Of a DNA stretch of 49,929 nt, positions 41,503 to 49,907 are shown piece after piece. Numbering within the stretch: position 1 is the stretch's first letter; each line of letters starts with the position of its first letter. Source of the DNA: an uncultured Bacilli bacterium (GTDB lineage Bacteria > Bacillota_I > Bacilli_A > RF39 > UBA660); NCBI GenBank assembly GCA_934141615.1, contig CAKPCM010000002.1:1-49929 (forward strand). The letters run 5' to 3'. Made by a program: the position numbers and the translations under genes. The notes under the pieces are model-generated. The model was not told the origin of the DNA and searched no databases. It was given only the letters and a program-made list of their open reading frames with translations.

Positions 41503-41939
41503 TGATAGAAATAAAAAATAAAAAAGCTTCATTTGATTATTTTATAGAAGATACATATGAGTGCGGAATAGTTTTAACTGGTACTGAGATAAAGTCCATT
41601 AGAAAGGGTAGTTGTAATTTAAAAGATAGCTATGCTAGAGTTAAAAATGGTGAAGTTTTTCTAACTAATATGTTTATTTCTACTTATGAAGAGGGTAATC
41701 GTTTTAATCATGACGAAAGAAGAGAAAGAAAGCTTTTACTTCATAAAAAAGAAATATATAAAATAAGAGATAAGGTGGAAAAAGAAGGTTATTCGCTAGT
41801 TCCTGTTAAATTATATTTAAAAGATGGAAGAGCTAAAATACTACTTGGTATAGCAAGAGGTAAAAAGCTTTATGATAAAAGACAAAGTCTAAAAGAAAAA
41901 GATATTAAAAGAGAAATGGAAAAAAATATAAGGTATTAA
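41502..41939 (+). CDS. smpB: SsrA-binding protein
   Basis: [29 protein letters not shown]...[12 protein letters not shown]. Confidence 0.95.
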   Translation: MIEIKNKKASFDYFIEDTYECGIVLTGTEIKSIRKGSCNLKDSYARVKNGEVFLTNMFISTYEEGNRFNHDERRERKLLLHKKEIYKIRDKVEKEGYSLVPVKLYLKDGRAKILLGIARGKKLYDKRQSLKEKDIKREMEKNIRY

Positions 41940-41968
41940 AAAGGTTCCAAATTACTTGGAATCTTTTT
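41938..41968. terminator. Bidirectional terminator between smpB and the convergent glycosidase gene
   Basis: GGTTCCAA/TTGGAATC hairpin flanked by an A-run upstream and a T-run downstream. Confidence 0.6.
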
Positions 41969-43289
41969 ATTTGTCTGTAACTATTATTGATGTTGCAATA
42001 GTACGAGTTCTATGCCTTAATGCTCCATCTACTGGATCATTTATATAACAATATGTATCAGTACAAGTGTCTTTATATTTTAAGGCTTCCTTTTGTGGTA
42101 ATACCATAACAGTTGATGTTCCACCATCTAAATTAGCAGCGTTAATAGCGCCGTATTTATCCATTATATCTGTTAAATCTACCATATCGGCTCCCTTTGT
42201 TCTAGAAGAATTACTGTTGATAACTAAAAGTAATATAATACCATCTGACCTTTGTCCAATAGCGGTTCTAGCGGCATATCCCCAACCACCATTTCCTTTT
42301 ATAAATGATTTTTTACCATTTACGATTAAGAATGGTCCCCAAGATACACCGTCTCTAACGTTCATGTTTAATGCTTTTTGTGCTGTAGCACCTTTAATTA
42401 ACACTAATTTATTATCATTTGTGATACCAATTATACCACCAGACTGAGTGTATGAACTATAGTTATTATCTGTTATTACTTTACCATTAGAAATTGTTAC
42501 ACCAGTTGGCATACCACCGGTACTATTGTTGCCTGGATCATAAAATCCACCACCATTAACTGCAAGCATGGCCTTATTATCTTCGGCCATTTTCGTAACT
42601 AACTGTCCTTTTACTCCTAAACTTTTGGTTACTGAAACTTTAACCATAGAAGGATCATATATGGCGGCTAGATAACCTTTCTGCCCATTAACTTCTAATT
42701 CTATTATTTTATATTTTGCGTCTTTGTCATGCTTTAAAATCTGCTCTTCATATTCGTTTTCATAAGTTATTTCTTCTTCCATATCTATTAAGTCGGTATT
42801 TGTCTCTTCGTTAACTTCTATTATGTAGTTTCCTTTAATTACCTTTAATATTTCATCATCATTATAAAACCATTTACATAAGTATTGATGATTCATAGTA
42901 GACATCGCGGTAGATATAAGCCACGTTCTAAAGTTATCATATGGTCCATATAATAAGAACGTAAAACCAAAGCATCCTAGTATGTATATTGTAAGTATGA
43001 TATTTTTAATAACTTTAAATACTTTTTTCTTTTTAAGAATGTTTTTTTTACTTTTCTTAATTTTAAATAATCCTATGATAAAAAGGTATATAAATATGGA
43101 TAGAAGTACGCAAGATATATAGTTAAATGGAACTTTCACAAGTCTTTTTGTGTGTAGTGATATTATGGTTAATAAAAATAATATCGGTATCATAATAAGA
43201 GGAATTGTTCTAAACCATATTTTTATTTTACTATTTTTATCATCAAAGTCATAAAATTGTAATACTTCTATTTCTTCGTTATTATTCAT
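41967..43289 (-). CDS. Phosphodiester glycosidase (NAGPA/DUF2233) family protein with N-terminal TM region
   Basis: AVNGGGFYD...TGGMPTGVTISNGKV, RTAIGQRSDG, ANLDGGTSTVMV motifs; 3-4 N-terminal TM helices. Confidence 0.8.
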   Translation of the reverse strand: MNNNEEIEVLQFYDFDDKNSKIKIWFRTIPLIMIPILFLLTIISLHTKRLVKVPFNYISCVLLSIFIYLFIIGLFKIKKSKKNILKKKKVFKVIKNIILTIYILGCFGFTFLLYGPYDNFRTWLISTAMSTMNHQYLCKWFYNDDEILKVIKGNYIIEVNEETNTDLIDMEEEITYENEYEEQILKHDKDAKYKIIELEVNGQKGYLAAIYDPSMVKVSVTKSLGVKGQLVTKMAEDNKAMLAVNGGGFYDPGNNSTGGMPTGVTISNGKVITDNNYSSYTQSGGIIGITNDNKLVLIKGATAQKALNMNVRDGVSWGPFLIVNGKKSFIKGNGGWGYAARTAIGQRSDGIILLLVINSNSSRTKGADMVDLTDIMDKYGAINAANLDGGTSTVMVLPQKEALKYKDTCTDTYCYINDPVDGALRHRTRTIATSIIVTDK

Positions 43290-43388
43290 ATACTTTTCTC
43301 CTATTGTTAATTATACAGAAACTTACAAAATTTGACAATTAAAAATTATGAATCTATGTTATAATACTATTGTTATTTATATCTATAT

Positions 43389-43752
43389 GGGGCTGTTATT
43401 GGTTTCGACGGTAAGTATGAGGCTATGGTTGCAAGTGGAAGGTACTCCTTACGTACAAACAAAAAATAAATAACAACAATAATAATTATGCTTTCGCAGC
43501 TTGCGCTGCCTAGTCTCTAATAGAGAAAGCGCTTCTTTTAAAGTTTTACTCACGGACTTTTTAAGAGGCTCATTTTAGTGAGTTATATTATCTTGTTTGT
43601 TTAGGATAAGATAAAGAATTTTACTAAACTCGTTATTTGGTGGGTATGTTAGTTACCTTTATCATTTAATTAAATTTAATTACTAACTAAACTTGTAGAC
43701 GTCATAGAGTACTATTTATCGGACACGAGTTCAAATCTCGTCAGCTCCACCA
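43389..43752 (+). ncRNA. ssrA: tmRNA (SsrA)
   Basis: 5' GGGGCUG pairs with 3' CAGCUCC-ACCA and includes the G3.U pair. T-arm CGAG-UUCAAAU-CUCG. Internal tag ORF ...NNNNNYAFAACAA-TAG (43472-43513). Located next to smpB. Confidence 0.9.
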
Positions 43753-43753
43753 A

Positions 43754-43764
43754 ATTGATTGATA
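43754..43764 (+). repeat. Direct repeat copy 1 (ATTGATTGATA + CTCGAA/TTCGAG hairpin + GTAATAA)
   Basis: The exact 11-mer recurs at 45159-45169 with the same downstream hairpin/GTAATAA arrangement. Confidence 0.6.
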
Positions 43765-43801
43765 CTAAACTCGAACTTTTATAAATTCGAGAGTAATAAA
43801 T

Positions 43802-43827
43802 TACTAACAGAAATGTTAGTTTTTTTG
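43802..43827 (+). terminator. Rho-independent terminator after ssrA
   Basis: ACTAAC/GTTAGT hairpin followed by T7. Confidence 0.7.
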
Positions 43828-43848
43828 TTATTTAAGAAAGGAAAGTGA

Positions 43849-44393
43849 TTGAATATGACAATAGAAACTAAAGAACTTAAAATAAGTGAAGAATTAAAAA
43901 GAAATGTATATATGGTTTGTATGACTGATAAACCTAATACTACTATTTTAAATGGTAAAATGGTTATGAGAATAATGACTAATGTAAGTCAAAATGAAAT
44001 AGAAAAATGTTTTGAAAGAATAAAATTTGGTATGGTAGTTGCTATTAAGTCATGTCATATTCCTAATCGTTCATCTATGGGTTTTAAAAGGAAAAATAAA
44101 AAATTAGTTCCAGATTCACTTACAAAACATATTGTTGTTAGAGTATTTAATTTATATTTAGGTGGAAAGTTCATCAAACGATTACTAACATATTTAATAA
44201 AGATAAAGTTTTAGGTAAAACAAATTGGCATGACACTACAATCAAAAAAATATTATCAAATGAACTTTATAAAGGAGATTTTGTAAATGGTAAAAGAACA
44301 GATACTGAAAAATATACTATTTCTACAAGAAAATTAAAAAAAATTACTAAAAAACTAGATAATAGATTAGAAAAGCAAAATTATGTTTTTTAA
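43849..44393 (+). pseudogene. Large serine recombinase remnant (N- and C-terminally truncated, frameshifted near 44170)
   Basis: Frame a: ...GFKRKNKKLVPDSLTKHIVVRVFNLYLGGK. Frame b continues (S)VHQTITNIFNKDKVLGKTNWHDTTIKKILSNELYKGDFVNGKR..., the recombinase-domain signature. The catalytic resolvase domain and zinc ribbon are absent. Confidence 0.65.
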
Positions 44394-44482
44394 TTTTAAA
44401 ACTTTCGTAATGAAAATAAAAGAAAAGCCTATCGCTACTTTTACTTGCAAGCAAAATGTACCACGGCCTTTATCTAATCTAA

Positions 44483-44995
44483 TTACCCAATTTTTGAATT
44501 TAAACAAATAAATCGTCTAGCAATTTTTTTGTATTTTTCATATATTTCTTTAGCATTTTGATTTTGAATTATTTCTTTAGTAAAATCATTATAAGAGTTT
44601 TTATCTTGTAGTAATTCTATCAAAAAACAAATTTTATCTGTTTCAGAAATATCGTTTAATTTTTCAAAATAATTAGTTAAAGTAGTAGTCCAAAAAGGAT
44701 CAACATTTGGATTGGTTATAAAGTTGATTATATCTAATAAGCTTATTTCAAATTTTTTAGGTTCTATTTTATATTCTTTACCTGTTTTTTCTTTTAATAA
44801 TTCTTCTAATGCTATTTTAGTTGAGTTTGTATTTACATTTTTGCTAGCATATAAATAATTTTTAATAATATAGTCAATTTGTTCTTCTTTTGAACTAAAA
44901 CAATAATGTTTCTTTAATTCCTCGTATTTTTTTTCTAATTCTTCAACTGATAAGTTTTTATACCATTTTTTTGCTAAACTTGGTGCAAATGCCAT
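44483..44995 (-). CDS. Hypothetical protein (170 aa), no recognised family
   Basis: Intact ORF with SD (GGAGGAAG on the minus strand at ~45003-45010); Lys/Glu-rich helical sequence. Confidence 0.5.
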   Translation of the reverse strand: MAFAPSLAKKWYKNLSVEELEKKYEELKKHYCFSSKEEQIDYIIKNYLYASKNVNTNSTKIALEELLKEKTGKEYKIEPKKFEISLLDIINFITNPNVDPFWTTTLTNYFEKLNDISETDKICFLIELLQDKNSYNDFTKEIIQNQNAKEIYEKYKKIARRFICLNSKIG

Positions 44996-45158
44996 AATTA
45001 TCTTCCTCCTTATATGATGATTATATCATTTTTTTTAATTTTTTATTGCTTAATATATTGATTTTATCAAAAATGTGGTATGATTTAACCAGTTAGTAGT
45101 TATTACTACCTAGAAATTTGTGCCTAGTGGTTGTTTTACTTCCAACAAAAGGTGCTAG

Positions 45159-45169
45159 ATTGATTGATA
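45159..45169 (+). repeat. Direct repeat copy 2 (ATTGATTGATA + TCGAA/TTCGA hairpin + GTAATAA)
   Basis: See copy 1. Also followed by a second hairpin ACGACTT/AAGTCGT (45200-45219). Confidence 0.6.
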
Positions 45170-45311
45170 ATCGAATAATTTCGAGGTAATAATAGAAAAC
45201 GACTTGTCAAAAAGTCGTTAAGGTAATGCTATAAGTAAAATGATGATAATGATTAAAGAAAAGATTAAAAAATATTTTTCACATTCCATCTGTAAATATG
45301 GGGGGTAGTAT

Positions 45312-46178
45312 ATGAATAAGAGGGCAGCAGCGGTAATTTCTTCTATTTTTAATTCATTTTGTGATTTTACTTTAGATATTGCAGTAAATAAATATTCTGT
45401 TTATAAAGTATTATTATATACAAGTATAATTTCATTCATTTTTCAAGTTTTATATGCATTTTATGTTGGTATTTCTATAACAGTTCAAGCAATTCCTATT
45501 GTTTTAATTTATGGTTTGATTATATTATTAGGTTATCTATGTTATGTTAAGGCATTAGAGAATATACCAATAGGTCTTGCCGCTTTACTTGAAAATTTAG
45601 ATTTATTTATAATTTTAATAATTGATATATTATTTGGAAATTTAATTTTAACCCCAAAATTTATATTTTTATTCATATTGTTTATTATTTCTATTTTATG
45701 GTTTAGTCTAGAAACAAATAGAGTTAAAGATGAAATAAAGTTTAAGAAAATAAAATTTATAGGTGTTGTTTTTATATTATTATCTGTTTTATTTTATGGA
45801 ATTGAACCATATATAGTAAAGTATGCTAATATATTAGGTGCTAATGAGGTGGCTATTAACTTTGGTTATAGTGCATTTGCAATTCCATTTTTCTTTTTTA
45901 AAAGTAAAAAATTGGATGCATCAGCAACAGAAAATAATAATAAAAGATTTTTAATTTTAGTAGTTTTGATTGGTTTTTTTGAAGCTATTTATTATATATT
46001 TGGAACTATCGGTTATATTTATGAAACTCCAATTATAGTTAATATTATTCAAGAAATCAGAGTATTTTTATTAGTTATATTATCAGCAGTGTTTAAGACA
46101 GATAAAATGAATTTAAGAAAGGTAATTGCAATATTACTTGGTATGATTTCAATAACAGGAATTTATTTTATTAAATAA
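45312..46178 (+). CDS. DMT-superfamily (EamA-like) 10-TM transporter
   Basis: 288 aa with two 5-TM halves; YVKALENIPIGLAALLENLDLFIILIID resembles the EamA repeat. Confidence 0.6.
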   Translation: MNKRAAAVISSIFNSFCDFTLDIAVNKYSVYKVLLYTSIISFIFQVLYAFYVGISITVQAIPIVLIYGLIILLGYLCYVKALENIPIGLAALLENLDLFIILIIDILFGNLILTPKFIFLFILFIISILWFSLETNRVKDEIKFKKIKFIGVVFILLSVLFYGIEPYIVKYANILGANEVAINFGYSAFAIPFFFFKSKKLDASATENNNKRFLILVVLIGFFEAIYYIFGTIGYIYETPIIVNIIQEIRVFLLVILSAVFKTDKMNLRKVIAILLGMISITGIYFIK

Positions 46179-46250
46179 CAATTATTATATATAGTAAAAA
46201 AATTATAGATATCTAAGGTAATCGAATTATCCGAACCTTTGATTCGTTTT

Positions 46251-46279
46251 TTGACAATATCAATGAATTATGATATTAT
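46251..46279 (+). promoter_or_regulatory. Strong candidate sigma-A promoter with no ORF behind it
   Basis: TTGACA (46251-46256), 17-nt spacer, TGaTATTAT (46271-46279). Confidence 0.5.
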
Positions 46280-46285
46280 TGGTAT

Positions 46286-46404
46286 GTAAGCAAGATTTCT
46301 TGCATAAAATAAAAAAGGGAACATTCAGTCCTCTTAAGTTGAATGTCTACCCTAAATACTTAAGCTAGACATTTAATTCGAATTGAATTAAGTGTCATTT
46401 TTTT
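46286..46404 (+). ncRNA. Unclassified ~120-nt structured RNA (orphan riboswitch-like leader or sRNA)
   Basis: Hairpins GCAAG/CTTGC (46290-46303) and ACATTCA/TGAATGT (46321-46346). Alternative pairing AATGTCTA (46342-46349)/TAGACATT (46366-46373). Ends in a 12-bp terminator. Confidence 0.4.
46368..46404 (+). terminator. Strong Rho-independent terminator
   Basis: GACATTTAATTC/GAATTAAGTGTC 12-bp stem (one G.U), GAATT loop, A + T7. Confidence 0.8.
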
Positions 46405-46600
46405 ATTACTATTATCATAATGATGAATAGAGATAAAATGATAGTAATGTAGCGAAGGACTTTTATAATAAAAGTATATTTATCAGTAAAATTATTTCAT
46501 TTTATTACAGCCCCTTAAATATTGCAAATACATATCAAAGACTGGTAATATATGATATGTTCTGTTTTATGGAACAATATATTGAATTTTCACAATGTGA

Positions 46601-46930
46601 TGATTAGCAGAGTATGGTGAACTACCTCGAGAAGCTGTAATTAGAGAAAGTAAAGTGGAAGTTGGTCTAGATATCATACCAACAAAAAGTAATACATGAA
46701 GATAGTAATTTAGACAAATTCAAAAATCTTGTTTATATTTATGTAAATTGAAATCAAAAGTTGATGATATAATTTTGTGAGAGGAAAAGCATTCAGAATA
46801 TAAATTTATTAACTCTTTAGAAGATTTAAAAAACGAAAAGATTTTGCCATTTCTTATAGAAGTATTTAATAATTTATATAAATATGGTATATTATATGTA
46901 GAGCTTATATTTTATTGGTCACTCTTTTAA
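46601..46930 (+). pseudogene. Nudix hydrolase remnant (multiple stops and frameshifts)
   Basis: Degenerate Nudix box EYGELPREAVIRESKVEVGLDI (46610-46675), bounded by an in-frame TGA at 46601. C-terminal pieces lie in other frames (KFKNLVYIYVN*, SEYKFINSLEDLKNEKILPFLIEVFNNLYKYG...). Confidence 0.45.
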
Positions 46931-47124
46931 ATATAAGTATTTAAAATTGATATCACCAAAATGATTTGGCAGAACTATAGTAAATTCAAATTTAATATGA
47001 AAATATTTTTAACTTATTTTTATAATTTTTTCCATTATTATATAACATATAATTATTTGAAAGGAGTGAAATCATGGGAACAATTGAGGTTTAAGTACGA
47101 ATTTAGCAATTATTAAAAATTATT

Positions 47125-47154
47125 AAGAAAGTCATTACATATTGACTTTCTTTT
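47125..47154 (+). terminator. Hairpin terminator overlapping the tetR promoter -35
   Basis: AAGAAAGTCA/TGACTTTCTT perfect 10-bp stem, 8-nt loop, TTTT. Confidence 0.6.
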
Positions 47155-47202
47155 AAATTAGTCATATACTATACTGGTATACCGAATTGGTGTAGTAGTA
47201 TA
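47142..47202 (+). promoter_or_regulatory. Candidate tetR/yhgE promoter and palindromic operator
   Basis: TTGACT (47142-47147), 17 nt, TATACT (47165-47170). Perfect palindrome GGTATACC (47176-47183) nested in inverted repeat TATACTA (47165-47171)/TAGTATA (47196-47202). Confidence 0.45.
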
Positions 47203-47214
47203 TTGGAGGCGATT

Positions 47215-47778
47215 ATGAATAATATTAAAGGGGACATATTAAAATCATCCAGAGAACTATTTACCAATTATGGGTATAAAAAGGTTAGTATGGATGAAAT
47301 CGCAAAGGCATCTGGTGTAACAAAAAAGACGGTTTACTCCTATTTTAAAGATAAGGCAAGTTTGTTAAAAACACTTATTGATGAAGAAATGGCAAAAATG
47401 AAAAAAATCATAATTAGCCATTCAAATATCAATGATGAAAACTTCTTTGAAGAAGTTAACAAAACTTTATATGACTTACTTAAGTATAAGAGAGAAGCTA
47501 AATTGTTTGTTACTTTAACAAAAGAGGCCGACGAACTTAACACTATTTCTTCTAAAAATTCAATAGAAATGATTGATGATGCAATTTTAGGTTTTATAAA
47601 AGAACGTTTATCTTGGGCTATTGAAAAAGGATACGTAAAAAAATGTGATCCAGATTTATGTGCTTTTATAATCTATAAAGTGTATGTAGCAGTTATGTTT
47701 GAATGGGATAAAGAAATAGATGAAAATGAAGTTACTCAAAACGTAACACAAATATTAAAGGAAGGATTGTTTAATTAA
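47215..47778 (+). CDS. TetR/AcrR-family transcriptional regulator
   Basis: HTH ELFTNYGYKKVSMDEIAKASGVTKKTVYSYFKDK. The ATG at 47215 lies 5 nt after GGAGG. Confidence 0.9.
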   Translation: MNNIKGDILKSSRELFTNYGYKKVSMDEIAKASGVTKKTVYSYFKDKASLLKTLIDEEMAKMKKIIISHSNINDENFFEEVNKTLYDLLKYKREAKLFVTLTKEADELNTISSKNSIEMIDDAILGFIKERLSWAIEKGYVKKCDPDLCAFIIYKVYVAVMFEWDKEIDENEVTQNVTQILKEGLFN

Positions 47779-47823
47779 TTGTGATTAATTATAATTAATT
47801 GCATTTTGTGGGGGATGATAATT

Positions 47824-49851
47824 ATGAAAAACAAAAAAAACAAAAGTAAAAGCAATTGGTTTAGTTACGTAGTGGTAGCAGTAGTATTACTAATACCATT
47901 TATGTATAGTTTCTTCTATCTAAAAGCATATTGGGATCCATATGGACATATGGATGATATTCCAGTTGCAATAGTAAATGAAGATAAGACGGTAGATGGC
48001 CAAAATAAGGGTAAGGATTTAGTTAATTCTTTAAAGAAGAAAAATACCCTTGATATCAGTGTTGTAAATAAAAATAAAGCAGATAGTGGTCTTAAGAATA
48101 AGGATTATTATGCAGTTATTACAATTCCTAGTGATTTTACTAGTGACTTGTTAAGTGCAGAACAAAGCGATAAAACAGCTGCAACAATTACTTATTCACC
48201 TAACCAAAAATCTAACTATTTGGCATCTCAAATAATAAATAGAGTTGTATCCGAAGTTGAAAAACAAGTTAGATCTAACGTATCAAAAGAAGTTGTTAGT
48301 ACACTTACAGATAATCTAAATGGAGTACCTAAAAAGGTAGAAAAAATAGATGATGGTTTAAAACAAATATCTGATGGTACTAGTGAACTTAAAACAGGAG
48401 CTTATAAATTACAAGATGGAACAAGTACTTTAAGTTCAAAATATGCATTATTTAATAATGGTGTATCAAACGTTGGTAATGGAGCATTAACATTATCACA
48501 AAATATTAGTTTATTAGATAGTGGTCTTGGTAATTTACAATCTGGTGTTAATGATTTTGCATCAAAAACTACTAAGTTAGATGATTTAAAAACTGGAGTT
48601 ACTAAGTTGAAAACAGGAGAAGATAGTTTTGATTCAGGACTTAATACATATGTTAGTTCTGTTAACACTATTTTAAGTGAAGCTAAAACAAATCCTGCTA
48701 TATTAACGACTCCAATACTTACTTTAAAAGGTGCAACTTGTACAGCACAAAGTGGAATGTATGACCAAGCAAAATGTGCATACTTTACTCAAATAGTTAA
48801 TGCATATAAAATTAGTGATAACACTTATACAATGGTTGATTTGTTAGCTGATTCAGGTTCTAAATTAACAAGTTCAAGTGCTACCATTAAAGCAGGTGTA
48901 GATGAATTAGATACTAAAACAGATGAATTAAATAGTATTAAAGCAGGTGTTAATACATTAAAGACAAGCGTTGATACATTAAAGAATGGTTCATCAAAAC
49001 TTGCATCTGGTTCAAAACAATTAGTTAGTGGAACAAATACTTTATCTAGTAGTTCTAATGAAGTATTAAATGGTATTAATACATTAAATAGTGGAGCAAG
49101 CACTTTAGCTAGTGGAACAAGCACATTAAATGATGGTGTTAATACTGCTAAAAGTGAAGTATCAAATTCTATTAGTTCAACTAATAGCGAACTTAAAAAA
49201 TTAAATGGATTAGATGAATATACAGCAAATCCTGTTAAAGTAGAAGAAAAAGACGTAAATGAAGTTAGTGAATATGGTACTGCATTCTCTCCATTCTTTA
49301 TGTCAATAGCATTATGGGTTGGATCTCTTATGTTATTTATAATCCTTTACTATGATGCAAATGATAGATTTAAGAATTGTAGTCGTAATGCAGAAAACAA
49401 AGTAAAAAGAACTTTCTGTTACTTAGGACTTGCAACATTACAAGGTATAATCTTAGGAATATTATTACTTGTAGGATTAAAATTTAGTGTTACAAATTAC
49501 TTCTTATATTTTGCATCATTAATATTAGTTGCTTGGATGTTTGAAGCTATAATGGAATTTTTAATAGTTCACTTTGGAGACATTGGTAAGTTCTTAGCTC
49601 TAATCTTGTTAGTATTACAATTAGCAGCAGCAGGAGGAACCTTCCCAATCCAAACCGTTTATACAGGATTCCAAAAATTATTTAACGTACTTCCAATGAA
49701 ATATTCAATAGATTTATTTAAGGAAGCATTAATTAGCATAGAAGGTGGCTTACTTTCTAAAGCACTAATAGTAATAATAATAATATTTGTGGTATTATTC
49801 GTTATAAATATATTAAAAGATATAAGATTACAAAAAAAGGCTAGTAAATAA
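47824..49851 (+). CDS. YhgE/Pip-domain membrane protein (ABC-2-like permease architecture)
   Basis: N-terminal TM + YLKAYWDPYGHMDDIPVAIVNEDK. Long extracellular helical repeats (L.SG...L..G). Five C-terminal TM segments. The ATG at 47824 follows GTGGGGGA. Confidence 0.85.
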   Translation: MKNKKNKSKSNWFSYVVVAVVLLIPFMYSFFYLKAYWDPYGHMDDIPVAIVNEDKTVDGQNKGKDLVNSLKKKNTLDISVVNKNKADSGLKNKDYYAVITIPSDFTSDLLSAEQSDKTAATITYSPNQKSNYLASQIINRVVSEVEKQVRSNVSKEVVSTLTDNLNGVPKKVEKIDDGLKQISDGTSELKTGAYKLQDGTSTLSSKYALFNNGVSNVGNGALTLSQNISLLDSGLGNLQSGVNDFASKTTKLDDLKTGVTKLKTGEDSFDSGLNTYVSSVNTILSEAKTNPAILTTPILTLKGATCTAQSGMYDQAKCAYFTQIVNAYKISDNTYTMVDLLADSGSKLTSSSATIKAGVDELDTKTDELNSIKAGVNTLKTSVDTLKNGSSKLASGSKQLVSGTNTLSSSSNEVLNGINTLNSGASTLASGTSTLNDGVNTAKSEVSNSISSTNSELKKLNGLDEYTANPVKVEEKDVNEVSEYGTAFSPFFMSIALWVGSLMLFIILYYDANDRFKNCSRNAENKVKRTFCYLGLATLQGIILGILLLVGLKFSVTNYFLYFASLILVAWMFEAIMEFLIVHFGDIGKFLALILLVLQLAAAGGTFPIQTVYTGFQKLFNVLPMKYSIDLFKEALISIEGGLLSKALIVIIIIFVVLFVINILKDIRLQKKASK

Positions 49852-49875
49852 GGAGACTGCTGAAAAAGTATACAA

Positions 49876-49907
49876 AGATTACTGTAGACTATATCAGTAG
49901 TCTTTTT
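49876..49907 (+). terminator. Rho-independent terminator after yhgE/pip
   Basis: AGATTACTG/CAGTAGTCT stem (one G.U), 10-nt loop, T5. Confidence 0.6.

Larger units (their letters stand above)
43765..45158. mobile_element. Putative decayed integrated element next to ssrA (recombinase remnant + orphan gene)
   Basis: Bounded by the duplicated ssrA 3'-flank motif and contains a frameshifted, truncated large serine recombinase. Confidence 0.4.

Noticed and set aside
42067-42447. 126-aa plus-strand ORF inside the phosphodiester glycosidase gene
   Set aside because: It is antisense to a gene with clear family motifs and has no SD, so it is spurious.
45301-45306. G6 run overlapping the SD of the DMT transporter gene
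   Set aside because: It is too short to be convincingly hypermutable and most simply serves as the SD (GGGGGG).
45085-45311. ~220-nt leader upstream of the DMT transporter as a possible riboswitch (promoter-like TTGATT/TGgTATGAT at 45058-45084; hairpins at 45090-45130)
   Set aside because: It has no terminator or SD-sequestering alternative structure and no match to a riboswitch consensus I know. Part of it is the duplicated ssrA-flank motif.
48350-49200. Repetitive region in the yhgE/pip gene as a possible repeat or mobile feature
   Set aside because: It is the degenerate heptad-like protein repeat (L..G...L.SG) characteristic of the YhgE/Pip extracellular domain. DNA-level identity is low.
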